From positions 3,095-67,094 of the forward strand of contig DASPUC010000034.1 in NCBI GenBank assembly GCA_035623075.1: DNA of 64,000 nt, read 5' to 3'. A model generated the notes under the pieces. The model was not told the DNA's origin, did not search any database, and worked only from the letters and a program-made list of their open reading frames with translations. Within the stretch, counting starts at the first letter, position 1. Every line of letters begins with the position of its first letter. Source of the stretch: Nitrospiraceae bacterium (GTDB lineage Bacteria; Nitrospirota; Nitrospiria; Nitrospirales; Nitrospiraceae). Shown here one piece after another: positions 22,081-31,939 of this stretch. Position numbers and translations under genes: made by a program.

Positions 22081-22731
22081 CTATTTCACTTTCGAAAAGT
22101 CGGTCTCGAACTCGCTCATCTTTCCGTCCGGGAAAAACACAATGACTTTCGTTTTGGCAGTCGGTTCAAAACTCTCATACGCAAACCGTGCGGTGAACCG
22201 CGAGCGGTAGGCAGGTCCGGCGCCCTCGTTCTTCCTGCCTCGTTCTGCCGGACTCACGTCCACCGGTTTGATGTTCTTGCTGCCTTGCTGGAAGGCCATT
22301 TGTACTCCCTCGGCGAAGTACTCGTCATCGCCGCAGAGTTGCACTTCGACCTCCATGTTCGGCATGTCGATCACTTTCTTGATAAATTCTTCTGGCATAC
22401 GGACCTCGGACTTTTTCTTCTTGCTTTCAGCCGCTTCTTGACGGCCGAACGCCTCCAGCCGATACCGCTTGGTCCGCAAAATGGCGCTGGTTCCACAAGG
22501 ATCTTTTTCGGGATCGGCCCCGACGCGCGTGACCATCGAGGCTTGCTGAAGCACCTTCTTCACATCCTCCGGCGAGTTGGCCTTCTCCATCGGTGCACGA
22601 CCGGCTTCGAGCGCTTTCTGAGCATCCTCCATCGTGAGTTTCACGTCGATCGCGTAGACCGGTTGACTGAGGGCGAAGCCTACCACGATCGTTGCCGCAC
22701 AGCTGATGATTCCAACCAATTGTATGCCCAT
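22081..22731 (-). CDS. Secreted hypothetical protein
   Basis: Signal peptide MGIQLVGIISCAATIVVGFALSQPVYA and a Lys/Glu-rich mature part. The antisense ORF 21988-22836 looks like an Arg/His-rich shadow. Confidence 0.55.
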   Translation of the reverse strand: MGIQLVGIISCAATIVVGFALSQPVYAIDVKLTMEDAQKALEAGRAPMEKANSPEDVKKVLQQASMVTRVGADPEKDPCGTSAILRTKRYRLEAFGRQEAAESKKKKSEVRMPEEFIKKVIDMPNMEVEVQLCGDDEYFAEGVQMAFQQGSKNIKPVDVSPAERGRKNEGAGPAYRSRFTARFAYESFEPTAKTKVIVFFPDGKMSEFETDFSKVK

Positions 22732-22850
22732 GAGTCCCCCCGTAAGATCACGACGAATAAATGGCGGCATTTTACGAAAACCCCCACCCCAATGCAATCA
22801 GTCAAGCCGTCTGATCGACAACGGGAGCAAGGATAACTCGTAAAAGGCCT

Positions 22851-23495
22851 TCATGAAGGAGAGACGTTGGAGAAGCGGCCCCAGTTGGGGTAGGGCTTTG
22901 CCGTGTAGAGGGTTTCAATCTCGACCGGCGCCCTTAAGCCTGCTTGCGCGAGAAGCGTCGCCACGAGTCGAAGAGGTAATCCAACAACGGTGGGGAAATC
23001 TCCTTGAATAGCAGCAATGAGGTCGCCGCCTAGGCCTTGAATCGAATAGCCTCCGGCTTTCCCGAGACTTTCCCCGGTGGCGAGGTATCGTTCATGCGTC
23101 TGCTCCTCGTAGCCCTTCATCCACACGGTCGCGGTGGAAAGGGCCACCAATTCAAGCTTCCGCACCTTGCTTACGAGCCCAACCGCCGAATGCACGTGAT
23201 GATGGCGACCGGCCAGGCGTCGCAACATCGCGCGGGCCTCAGCCACATCGCCCGGCTTCCCAAGCACATCGTGATCCACCTCGATGACAGTGTCGCTCCC
23301 TAGCACAATGGCCACCGGCTCTTGCTCTGCGACAGACCGGGCCTTGCCAATGGCAAAACTTTTGACCTGCTCGACGGCGGAGTGATCGGATTTCAATTGC
23401 TCATCGAACGACGGGCTCCTCACGTCGAAGGGGATATTCAGGAGAGCCAGCAACTCGCGGCGGCGGGGTGAAGTCGACGCCAGGATTAGTTGCAT
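22851..23495 (-). CDS. maf: Maf-like nucleoside triphosphate pyrophosphatase
   Basis: MQLILASTSPRRRELL.., ..VLGSDTV.., ..KAGGYSIQG.. are Maf signatures. Confidence 0.88.
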   Translation of the reverse strand: MQLILASTSPRRRELLALLNIPFDVRSPSFDEQLKSDHSAVEQVKSFAIGKARSVAEQEPVAIVLGSDTVIEVDHDVLGKPGDVAEARAMLRRLAGRHHHVHSAVGLVSKVRKLELVALSTATVWMKGYEEQTHERYLATGESLGKAGGYSIQGLGGDLIAAIQGDFPTVVGLPLRLVATLLAQAGLRAPVEIETLYTAKPYPNWGRFSNVSPS

Positions 23496-24667
23496 CGAGA
23501 CAGAAGCGGTTCAGCAAAGACCACGTGATCGACAGGGCTTTCAGAAAACCCTTCGACCGTCGCAGATGCGGTGGCACGATGTTCGGTGAGTGCCTGTTCG
23601 ACTTCCTCGACCGACGACGCCTGGAACATCCGCGCGCGGAGCGACGCCGCGTGAGGAAAGCCTTTGCAGTACCACCCGAGATGCTTGCGCATGCGTCGGA
23701 ACTGATTCTGTCCGGCGAGCGCTTCGAATCGGCGCGCGTGATCAAGCAAAATCTCAAACCGGGACTCCAAGGTTGGTGCCCAGATCTGCGCACCATGACC
23801 ATCCTCGGTTTGGTCAGCTCCATCTCTCATTGCTTTCTTCTGACGGAAGAACCACGGCGTGCCGAGCACAGCCCGTCCAACCAAGACACCATCGACCCCA
23901 GTCTCTCGAACCCGACGCATCCCGTCAGCCAGGCTTTGCACATCGCCGTTTCCGAGCAGCAGCGTGCCGCTGCCTTGTACGATGTCCGCCGCCCTCGCGA
24001 TGGCACGCCAGTCCGCTTCGCCCCGATACATTTGCTGTAACGTTCGACCATGAAGAGAGATGATAGCCGGGTGCTCAGCTAATAAATGCTCGATCCATCG
24101 ATCGACGATGACGGCATCATATCCGAGACGAGTTTTGACGGATAAGGGGATCGTCCGCTTGATGACCGGGCGAGCCTGCGATCGCCGTTGGTTCATCCGT
24201 TGAATAGCGGCGATGCGAGCAGGCTTAAGGCCGGCGCTTTCCAAGCTCTGGCCTTTGGCCCAATCGGTGATGCCCTGCCGGGCCGCTCGCATGATTTCGT
24301 GGGCGAGATCGGGGGTCCGAATGAGCCCGGCACCGGACCCGGATGATGCGACGTTCCGGGACGGGCAGCCCATGTTGATGTCGAGACCGTCAAACCCCAG
24401 CTCACAGACCGCGTGAGCAGCCTGGTAGAACAGCGCGGGATCCTTGCCATAAAGCTGCGCCACGACCGGCCGTTCGACTTCGCTGTAGAGCAAAGACTCC
24501 AGCAAAAACTCCGGTCCTCGACAGACGTCGTGCACATGGGTGAACTCACTATAGGTAACGTCCGGTTTCCCATGTACCGCCACCGTGTGGCGAAACGAGG
24601 CGTCCGTCACTCCGTCCATCGGCGCCAGGCCGATGATTGGCCTAGGGAGTGCTGTCCAAAAATTCAT
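23486..24667 (-). CDS. tRNA-dihydrouridine synthase family protein with a long C-terminal extension
   Basis: GLAPMDGVTDASFR, VAQLYG, DGLDINMGCP (catalytic Cys), SVKTRLGY and ISLHGRT are Dus motifs. Confidence 0.85.
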   Translation of the reverse strand: MNFWTALPRPIIGLAPMDGVTDASFRHTVAVHGKPDVTYSEFTHVHDVCRGPEFLLESLLYSEVERPVVAQLYGKDPALFYQAAHAVCELGFDGLDINMGCPSRNVASSGSGAGLIRTPDLAHEIMRAARQGITDWAKGQSLESAGLKPARIAAIQRMNQRRSQARPVIKRTIPLSVKTRLGYDAVIVDRWIEHLLAEHPAIISLHGRTLQQMYRGEADWRAIARAADIVQGSGTLLLGNGDVQSLADGMRRVRETGVDGVLVGRAVLGTPWFFRQKKAMRDGADQTEDGHGAQIWAPTLESRFEILLDHARRFEALAGQNQFRRMRKHLGWYCKGFPHAASLRARMFQASSVEEVEQALTEHRATASATVEGFSESPVDHVVFAEPLLSRCN

Positions 24668-26235
24668 CTCGCTCTCCCTTGAGCCGGTATGGCCGGCTCG
24701 TTGACTTCAGCATAGGCCGCACGTAAGCCTGCCGCTTCCTGTTCCGCGCAAGTGGTTACCTCAGGCGCCCGCTCTCGCACAAATTCCACGAATCGTTCAA
24801 TCTTGATGAGAAAAAAGTCGTAGCACTGCGTAATAGGCCTCGGCTCCCGAAACCAGAAGGCGACAAAGTCCCTGAGAGCAATTCCACGTTGGCGTAAGGC
24901 CTGGCAGCTCTCTGGAAACATGTCCGTGAGCGAGCCACCCCACTGGAGAATTTCATGAGGCAAATAGGACGTACGGTACAGCTCGAGTCCCTCGCATTCA
25001 CATACAGCTCCGTTCCACTGATCCCCTGGTGGAGCGGTATGGTCTGACACGATCTTGGCGTATCGTTCATAGTCGTCGCACAACTGCTGTCGCTCGAACC
25101 GGCTGGTGATAGCGGGTTCATACGTGCCGTAGGGCGATTGCTCTGAGGCGAGGTTCGTCATTGTGCTTCCACCCATCACACCCTGAATGACCGGAGCGAA
25201 CTGCCGTGACACCTGTTCAAATTCGTTGGCGATCAAGTCGATCACCTTGGTGTCGACTTCTAACGCCACCCCCCTCAGACTCGTCAGGTTTCTGTGGCCA
25301 AGCACTTGTCCCAGGATCTCGAACAGGACCGGTGGAATCGGAGCTGCGTGCGCATCGAGCCATTCGGGCGGCTCGGAGCTGATCTCACGCCTATGAAGTG
25401 CTTCATGTGTGGCCAAGCCCGCGATGTGGATTTCCACGACGCGGTCCATCGGGAATTCATCGAGGAATTCCTGGACGAATTGGACCAGGGACATTCGTCG
25501 CCACATTCCTGTGTAGCGATACACCGTCCAGAGATGACCGAGATCCAGCACGAGGCCGCAAGGAGCACGCTCGACGATCAATCGGAAAAATTGTGCGATC
25601 GGAATGGTACCGACGGCGAAGTAGGTCAGTGGCGGCATTTCCAACAAAAACACGGGAGTCGAACCATCAGGTCTGCGACATTGGCTATCGAGCGCAGCCT
25701 GCACAAGAACAATGTTCTGAGCAACGACTTCGGCGCTCGCTGGCGTAAAGAGCGGAGGCAAGTAGGTCCCGAACGAATAGCCTCCCATCTGTTTCGTCGC
25801 GCATTCATGGTTCAGCCACGGGCTCTGGAGGATATTGAGGTGTGTCGCGGCTTCGGCCACTGCCTCATCAAATGTCTGATGGCCTCGGCTTTCTGGTTGA
25901 GTCACCCACAATCCCTCTCCATGATACGAGAGGGCGACGCTCGGTAGATGCTGTCTTATGACCTCCAGCGCGCCCGTCGAGGCTTTAAAAATTTCGAGAT
26001 AACCCGGAGAGAGCTTTCGACTTCCGAGGTGGTCTGTGAGTTCGATCAGGTCAGGAGAATAGACGTCTACTGAGACTCCGAGACCCTGAGGGGAAATCGC
26101 TTGGAGTCGATCCGTAAAGGCTCGCTTGACGTTTCCAGAGACGGTCAAGAATCCACCCTTGTGCTGTGCCAAAAATTGGCCTAGTCTAGTCGCCAAACCC
26201 GTTGTTTGACAAGGGAAGACCTCGATCCGGGTCAA
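24664..26235 (-). CDS. Divergent DUF692 (MbnB/TglH-like, xylose-isomerase-like TIM barrel) protein fused to an uncharacterised ~180 aa C-terminal domain
   Basis: These blocks align by eye to the DUF692 consensus: SPWLNHEC, FLLEMPPLTYF, PCGLVLDLGHLW, RVVEIHIAGL and WLDAHAAPIPP. TTG start. ATGA overlap with dus at 24664-24667. Confidence 0.6.
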   Translation of the reverse strand: MTRIEVFPCQTTGLATRLGQFLAQHKGGFLTVSGNVKRAFTDRLQAISPQGLGVSVDVYSPDLIELTDHLGSRKLSPGYLEIFKASTGALEVIRQHLPSVALSYHGEGLWVTQPESRGHQTFDEAVAEAATHLNILQSPWLNHECATKQMGGYSFGTYLPPLFTPASAEVVAQNIVLVQAALDSQCRRPDGSTPVFLLEMPPLTYFAVGTIPIAQFFRLIVERAPCGLVLDLGHLWTVYRYTGMWRRMSLVQFVQEFLDEFPMDRVVEIHIAGLATHEALHRREISSEPPEWLDAHAAPIPPVLFEILGQVLGHRNLTSLRGVALEVDTKVIDLIANEFEQVSRQFAPVIQGVMGGSTMTNLASEQSPYGTYEPAITSRFERQQLCDDYERYAKIVSDHTAPPGDQWNGAVCECEGLELYRTSYLPHEILQWGGSLTDMFPESCQALRQRGIALRDFVAFWFREPRPITQCYDFFLIKIERFVEFVRERAPEVTTCAEQEAAGLRAAYAEVNEPAIPAQGRAR

Positions 26236-26324
26236 CAGTTCCTGTCTGCTATAATTGGCTTACGCCGACGGGGGCGAAACCCTCACGAACCTGGGAAAAC
26301 CGCGACAGGAGCGGTTTCGAACCC

Positions 26325-27083
26325 ATGTCAACAGCCGATGAGTATCCCCCTCGGACCACGAATCCAATACCGACTGTGGTTGCCCATATGATGACACCAG
26401 GGGTCGTACAGATTCCGGGCGATGTCTCCGTGAGTGAGGCGGCGCTCATGCTCGAACGCGAACAGACTCCCTGCCTGCTGGTGAAAGACACTGAGACGCT
26501 GTTCGGACTCATGACTCCAACCGACATCGTCAAGAAAGTGGTCGCGCAGGGACTGGAACCTCATAATATCGAGGCTCGCACGATCATGACTCAGCCAGTC
26601 CAGTTCATCGAATATGACCGTGCGTTGGAAGAGGCCACCGCCCTCATGACGTCGACGGGAGCCTCTCACTTGATCGTCACAAAAGACAACCAGCCGGTCG
26701 GTGTACTCAGCGCACGCGATCTCATGCTGACTCCACCGCCGCGACGCACGCGAATTCCCGCGATGCTCAGAATCTCACAGAGCGGAATCGCGGCTGGGAC
26801 GACTCCTTACAGCGCCACCATTATCCAACTCGGTCACCTCGGGGCGCTGCTCGAGTTAAACACGGCTCTGGATGCGGGAACAAATATTCTTCTTGTCTTT
26901 TCGTTGCCCGGTCAGCACACACCGCTGACGCTTCAAGGAACGGTGCTTGTCTGTAAGGAAAACCGTTCGGGCAACGCCTCGAATGCCGTCGACATCCAAT
27001 TTAAAAACGTAGCGACGACGGACCAGACACGTATCAAAGCCTGGGTATTGCAAACACTTCCGCTTCCCCAAGATCGCTCCTAA
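26325..27083 (+). CDS. CBS-pair protein with a C-terminal PilZ-like beta-barrel
   Basis: Two CBS repeats (MTPGVVQIPGDVSVSEAALML.., IMTQPVQFIEYDRALEEATALM..). The C-terminus resembles PilZ, but the RxxxR and DxSxxG motifs are not intact. The start could be 26389. Confidence 0.65.
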   Translation: MSTADEYPPRTTNPIPTVVAHMMTPGVVQIPGDVSVSEAALMLEREQTPCLLVKDTETLFGLMTPTDIVKKVVAQGLEPHNIEARTIMTQPVQFIEYDRALEEATALMTSTGASHLIVTKDNQPVGVLSARDLMLTPPPRRTRIPAMLRISQSGIAAGTTPYSATIIQLGHLGALLELNTALDAGTNILLVFSLPGQHTPLTLQGTVLVCKENRSGNASNAVDIQFKNVATTDQTRIKAWVLQTLPLPQDRS

Positions 27084-27157
27084 CGGGTCTCTTCCATTGC
27101 TTTGACCAATCGTGAATCAGCTGATAGAATTTTGTCTCTAGCACGCATCCTACTGAG

Positions 27158-28213
27158 ATGAATGATCCGGTGAAATCCACACCAGCTCGTCCTCGAAGCA
27201 CACTGTCGAAGGAGGAAACCCTCGACCAGGTCCGTCTCCTGCTCGATCGTCCCGACGACGACCTTCCCGCCGCACTGTTGAAAGAACTGCTCGGGGGGGT
27301 CCTTCGCCTACACGAAGCCCATCTCGACGTTCTGGATCTGAAAATCCTGAATCGGGCGATGAAGGAACTGCGCCACGCATTTCGCGTGTTCCACAACTAT
27401 CGGGGTCGCCGAAAAGTCAGTATCTTCGGGTCCGCACGTACCGCGTCGAACGATCCTAATTATCAATTGGCGTTCCTCTTCGCCGAACGTGTCGTGCAAG
27501 CCGGTTTCATGGTGATCACAGGTGGTGCGGACGGCATCATGCGGGCGGCACAGGAGGGAGCCGGCCGCGAGAACAGCTTCGGCGTCAATATCATGCTGCC
27601 CTTCGAACAGGGGCCCAATGCGACGATTGCTGACGATCCCAAGCTCGTCACGTTTAAATACTTCTTCACGCGCAAGCTCATGTTTCAAAAAGAGGCCAAT
27701 GCCATCGCCTTATTCCCCGGTGGATTTGGTACCCACGACGAGGGATTTGAGATTTTGACATTGGCGCAAACGGGCAAGAGCGATCCCATGCCGATCGTAT
27801 GCCTTGAGGCGCCGGGATGCGATTATTGGGACGAATGGGCAGGCTTCATCAATGCTCAGCTACTCGCTCGGAAACTGATCAACGAAGAGGATTTGAGCCT
27901 CTTTAAGATCGTCACATCCGCGGACGAGGCCGTCGCGGAAATCATGGCCTTCTATCGACGATTCCACTCGATTCGATACGTGGGACGGCAGCTGGCCATG
28001 CGCCTCACGCAAGCCCCCTCGTCCGAACAGGTGGCGAATATCCACGCACGGTTTGCGGACCTCCTGTCTGAAGGTACCTTCGATCTCCGCGGGCCGCTTC
28101 CTGAAGAGCTAGACGAGCCGGACCTCATCGACCTCCCTCGCTTAGTGTTCACTTCAAACCGACGCAGTGCTGGACGGCTACGCCAGCTGATTGACCACCT
28201 CAACACGCTGTAA
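27158..28213 (+). CDS. LOG/TIGR00730-family nucleotide 5'-monophosphate nucleosidase (PpnN/YgdH-like)
   Basis: VSIFGSAR.., ITGGADGIMRAAQEGA, and PGGFGTHDEGFE (the PGGxGTxxE motif). Confidence 0.8.
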   Translation: MNDPVKSTPARPRSTLSKEETLDQVRLLLDRPDDDLPAALLKELLGGVLRLHEAHLDVLDLKILNRAMKELRHAFRVFHNYRGRRKVSIFGSARTASNDPNYQLAFLFAERVVQAGFMVITGGADGIMRAAQEGAGRENSFGVNIMLPFEQGPNATIADDPKLVTFKYFFTRKLMFQKEANAIALFPGGFGTHDEGFEILTLAQTGKSDPMPIVCLEAPGCDYWDEWAGFINAQLLARKLINEEDLSLFKIVTSADEAVAEIMAFYRRFHSIRYVGRQLAMRLTQAPSSEQVANIHARFADLLSEGTFDLRGPLPEELDEPDLIDLPRLVFTSNRRSAGRLRQLIDHLNTL

Positions 28214-28246
28214 TCGAATTCACGAAGAGTCTTTAGTCCCGTTCGA

Positions 28247-29149
28247 GTGCCATGGTATGCTCGCAATATTATGGCCGGCTCGCATCAACCTCGTCGTTTC
28301 TCCAAACCTCCGACTGTCATTCTCTACCACGCCGAATGTGCGGATGGCTTTGGGGCAGCGTGGGCGATCTGGAAACAATTTCCCAGCGCGCGCTTTATCC
28401 CGGTGAAACATGGCAATCCGCCTCCTCCCGAGCTGACCACACAACGAGTCGTGATCGTGGACTTCAGTTATGACCGCCCAACCCTTGAACGCATGGCCTC
28501 CGAGACGCAGGCTCTGTTGGTTCTCGATCACCATATCACTGCAGAGAAAGCCCTGGCTGGTCGACCCTACGCCTACTTCGATTTGAAGAAGTCCGGCGCG
28601 GTGCTCGCGTGGGAATGGGCCCATGATCACCCTGTGCCCTGGTTGCTCGACTATATTCAGGATAAAGATTTATGGACGTGGGCGCTTCCCTTGAGTCGAG
28701 AAATCAACGCCGCCGTTGCGTCTCACCCGTTTGATTTTGAACTCTGGAACGGATTCCAACAGAAGGACCTGGAACAGGAGGGCCGCGCCATCCTGCGGTA
28801 TGAGCATGAGCTGGTGAATAAACTCGCCGCCCAGGCTGTCTTGGTCGAGTTTCAGAAGGCCATTGTCCCTTCCGTGCAAAGTGCGGTCTTAACCAGTCAG
28901 ATCGGCGAACGACTTTCCGCCGATTACCCGTTCTGCATCATCTGGCACGATCGCGACGGACGACGATACTACAGCATGCGTTCTCGTGAGGATGGAACTG
29001 ATGTCGGCGCCATTGCGGCCTCGTTTGGCGGGGGCGGGCACACACACGCGGCCGGCTTTTCGATCTCTCTGGGCCAAGACGGATCCCTGCCGAACAATCC
29101 GACTCTTCCACGCTCGATCGTCAACCGTCGACGCCCTTCCTCCTCGTGA
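28247..29149 (+). CDS. DHH/DHHA1-family phosphoesterase
   Basis: HAECADGFGAAWA, LVLDHHITA (DHH motif), and GGGGHTHAAGF (DHHA1 motif). Confidence 0.78.
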   Translation: MPWYARNIMAGSHQPRRFSKPPTVILYHAECADGFGAAWAIWKQFPSARFIPVKHGNPPPPELTTQRVVIVDFSYDRPTLERMASETQALLVLDHHITAEKALAGRPYAYFDLKKSGAVLAWEWAHDHPVPWLLDYIQDKDLWTWALPLSREINAAVASHPFDFELWNGFQQKDLEQEGRAILRYEHELVNKLAAQAVLVEFQKAIVPSVQSAVLTSQIGERLSADYPFCIIWHDRDGRRYYSMRSREDGTDVGAIAASFGGGGHTHAAGFSISLGQDGSLPNNPTLPRSIVNRRRPSSS

Positions 29150-29156
29150 GGGCCCC

Positions 29157-29861
29157 ATGATTCCGCTCCACGACGACAATCCGACGGAGCACACGCCCGT
29201 CGTCACGATCACGTTCATCGTTACCTGTGTCCTTGTGTTTCTGTATCAAGCGAGCTTGTCCGACAAGTTCGGAGAATTGTTCGTCTTTCAGTACGGCGCC
29301 ATTCCCGCTGCTGTCTTTGGTCAAACCGATCTTCCCGAAGACACAAGCAGGATTCCGGCCTATTCCACACTCTTGACCAGCATGTTCCTGCACGGCAGTT
29401 GGATGCACCTGCTCGGCAACATGCTCTATCTCTGGGTATTTGGAAACAATATCGAAGATGTCATGGGTCACGCCAAGTTCGTCATCTTCTACGTCACATG
29501 CGGAATCCTCGCAGCGTTAAGCCATGCGATAACTGATCCCTCATCGACCATTCCGATGGTGGGGGCCAGTGGAGCGATCTCGGGCGTGCTGGGCGCATAC
29601 CTGCTGTTGTTTCCCCGCGCCCACGTGCTCGTGCTGATGCCGGGGCTGGGGATGACGCAGGTTGCGGCCGGAATTGTGCTCGGGATGTGGTTCGTCCTGC
29701 AACTACTCAGCGGTGGAATGAGCTTGGGAAGTTCAGGTGGTGGAGTCGCCTTTTTCGCTCATATCGGAGGTTTTGTCGCCGGGATGGCCCTCATCGGATT
29801 CTTCAAGCGGCCGGATGTTCCGTTCTTTGCCCCGAGTCGAAGGAACCGATGGGATTTCTAG
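29157..29861 (+). CDS. Rhomboid-family intramembrane serine protease
   Basis: HGSWMHLLGNMLYLWVFG, GASGAISGVLGAY (catalytic Ser) and FFAHIGGF (catalytic His). The ORF opens upstream inside the previous gene; the ATG at 29157 follows its stop by 8 nt. Confidence 0.85.
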   Translation: MIPLHDDNPTEHTPVVTITFIVTCVLVFLYQASLSDKFGELFVFQYGAIPAAVFGQTDLPEDTSRIPAYSTLLTSMFLHGSWMHLLGNMLYLWVFGNNIEDVMGHAKFVIFYVTCGILAALSHAITDPSSTIPMVGASGAISGVLGAYLLLFPRAHVLVLMPGLGMTQVAAGIVLGMWFVLQLLSGGMSLGSSGGGVAFFAHIGGFVAGMALIGFFKRPDVPFFAPSRRNRWDF

Positions 29862-30047
29862 CATCGTCGGAGCACGGCACGATGCCATACCGGAGTTGAT
29901 AACTCACCCAAGAAAATGCCGACCCGCGTCTGCGCAACGAGATAAGGCGTGCGCGAGACGGAAAACACCTCAGCTATAGTGATTGAAACGCGAGCGAGTG
30001 GCTATGGAGTAAAAATTGGGACCAGTCCGCATAGAGGTTTAAATCCG

Positions 30048-31217
30048 TCAGCTGTTCTGGTCGCTGGCTAACTTGCGACAGAGTTGTCGTGCGCGCTCCT
30101 CTGCGAGGCTCACCGAATCGACAACGAACGTCACATGGCCCATCTTTCGTCGAGATCGCATGATCCGCTTTCCGTACAGATGAAGAAATGTTCCGGGCGT
30201 GTTGAGCAGAGCTCCACAGCTCGGGTCATGTATCGTCGTTGCATCGGTTCCAAGGAGATTCACCATCGCGGCAGCTTTCAGGAGACGAGCTTCTCCAAGC
30301 GGGAGGCTGCAGAGCGCGCGTACTTGTTGCTCAAACTGAGACACGCTGCACGCATCGAGGGTATAATGCCCCGAGTTGTGGGGTCGAGGAGCAATTTCGT
30401 TGATCAGCAATTCTCCGGTGGATAGATAAAACAGTTCAAGACAGAAGACGCCGACACCCTGAAGCGCCTCCACAACCTCCCGCGCGAGCTTTGCAGCACG
30501 TGCGGCAATCTCCGCGGGGACGCGAGCGGGCACGAGCGTCGTCCGTAGAATACCGACCTCATGTTCGTTCTCGGCCAGGGGATAGATTCGGGTCTGTCCG
30601 TCCATCCCGCGGACGACGAGAATCGAGAGTTCTCGGTCAAACGTTACGAGCCGTTCAACAATCCACCTGATTCCGGGACGAACCGACTCGGACAAGACTC
30701 GTTCGAGTTGCTCAACGTCAGACTCACCGGTGATTCGCCACTGACCCTTTCCATCGTAGCCCGCCGTCGCCGTTTTCACGAGCGCAGGATGCCCGACCTT
30801 TCCCACGACAGCCGAAAGCTGGTCCGGCTTCAACAAGGGAAGAAACGGCACGACGGGAAATCCCCGGGCGGCTAAAAACCCTTTCTGTTCGAGACGATCT
30901 TGAATGGTGTGAAGAATGGCGCTCGACGGCCGAACCGGCTTGCTTACTTCCAGCGTCCTGCACAGACTGACCGGAACGTTTTCCCACTCATAGGTCACGG
31001 CGCTGACCAAGGCGAGGAACTCACCGAGCGTGGGTTGGTCGGAAAAGGGAACGGGGAAGGATCGCTGGGCAAGCCGGTGAGCTGGCGCATCTGGATCAGG
31101 ATCCCAGACCGCCACCTGATAACCCATTCGCTGGGCAGCCGTCGTGAACATGGCGCCCAACTGTCCGCCGCCCAGGACGCCAAGCACGTTCCCGGGCTCA
31201 ATAACCGCGAATGTCAC
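30048..31217 (-). CDS. purK: N5-carboxyaminoimidazole ribonucleotide synthase
   Basis: ATP-grasp PurK pattern ([11 protein letters not shown].., HNSGHYT). Overlaps purE by 4 nt. Confidence 0.9.
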   Translation of the reverse strand: MTFAVIEPGNVLGVLGGGQLGAMFTTAAQRMGYQVAVWDPDPDAPAHRLAQRSFPVPFSDQPTLGEFLALVSAVTYEWENVPVSLCRTLEVSKPVRPSSAILHTIQDRLEQKGFLAARGFPVVPFLPLLKPDQLSAVVGKVGHPALVKTATAGYDGKGQWRITGESDVEQLERVLSESVRPGIRWIVERLVTFDRELSILVVRGMDGQTRIYPLAENEHEVGILRTTLVPARVPAEIAARAAKLAREVVEALQGVGVFCLELFYLSTGELLINEIAPRPHNSGHYTLDACSVSQFEQQVRALCSLPLGEARLLKAAAMVNLLGTDATTIHDPSCGALLNTPGTFLHLYGKRIMRSRRKMGHVTFVVDSVSLAEERARQLCRKLASDQNS

Positions 31218-31792
31218 GACCGGCGACTCGGATGACGGGACGTGGTGCCCCCGGCCACCATGCCTTTGGCTTCAGCAGAATGGAGAACCCCCTCGGTCTG
31301 CTTTTTTCGAAACGCTTTTACGCGTGTTTCAATTTCAGGATACCGACCGGCAAGAATCTGAGCCGCGAGCAGCCCTGCATTCTCTGCGCCCCCGATCGCC
31401 ACCGTTGCCACTGGTATCCCGCGTGGCATCTGGACGATGGAAAGCAACGAATCGAGTCCACGGAGATTTTCTGTCGGAATCGGGATACCGATGACGGGAA
31501 GGTGTGTTTTTGCGGCGAGCATGCCGGGGAGATGGGCCGCACCGCCAGCTCCGGCGATTATCACTTCGATACCTCGTGCCGGGGCTTGTTCGGCATAGGC
31601 AAACAGGCGGTCCGGGGTCCGATGCGCCGAGACCACCATCAGTTCACTGGCAATCCCAAGTTCTGTGAGGACCGCAACTGCCTTTTCGAGGATTGGGAAA
31701 TCGGACTTGCTTCCTCCAAGGATTCCGACCAGCGGGCGGGCTCCTTTTTGTCCTTGTTGCCGAGATCGGCTGCCACCACCGGCAAGGGCCAT
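31214..31792 (-). CDS. purE: N5-carboxyaminoimidazole ribonucleotide mutase
   Basis: [16 protein letters not shown].., SAHRTPD.., [10 protein letters not shown].. are canonical PurE blocks. Confidence 0.9.
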   Translation of the reverse strand: MALAGGGSRSRQQGQKGARPLVGILGGSKSDFPILEKAVAVLTELGIASELMVVSAHRTPDRLFAYAEQAPARGIEVIIAGAGGAAHLPGMLAAKTHLPVIGIPIPTENLRGLDSLLSIVQMPRGIPVATVAIGGAENAGLLAAQILAGRYPEIETRVKAFRKKQTEGVLHSAEAKGMVAGGTTSRHPSRRS

Positions 31793-31939
31793 ACGAGAAA
31801 ATCCTCTGGTTCCTCCGAGATCTACAACTATCGCAGGGGCTTCACCATAACGATATTCCCATTGACGGTCAAGATCATGCTAGACCTCTCAAACAGCGCG
31901 TTCTTGCTCAAGAATTGACCCATTGAGCTGCTTTCCTCT

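Noticed and set aside
21988-22836. 282-aa plus-strand ORF antisense to 22081-22731.
   Set aside because: Arg/His/Leu-rich junk-like sequence without RBS. The minus-strand frame has a signal peptide and normal composition.
28986-29156. Upstream extension of the rhomboid ORF into the DHH gene.
   Set aside because: The extension overlaps the DHH gene by 164 nt. The ATG at 29157 lies 8 nt after the DHH stop and gives a normal rhomboid N-terminus.
31793-31939. Possible purine or ZTP-type riboswitch upstream of purE.
   Set aside because: I could not find the conserved ZTP or purine riboswitch core sequences by eye in either orientation.
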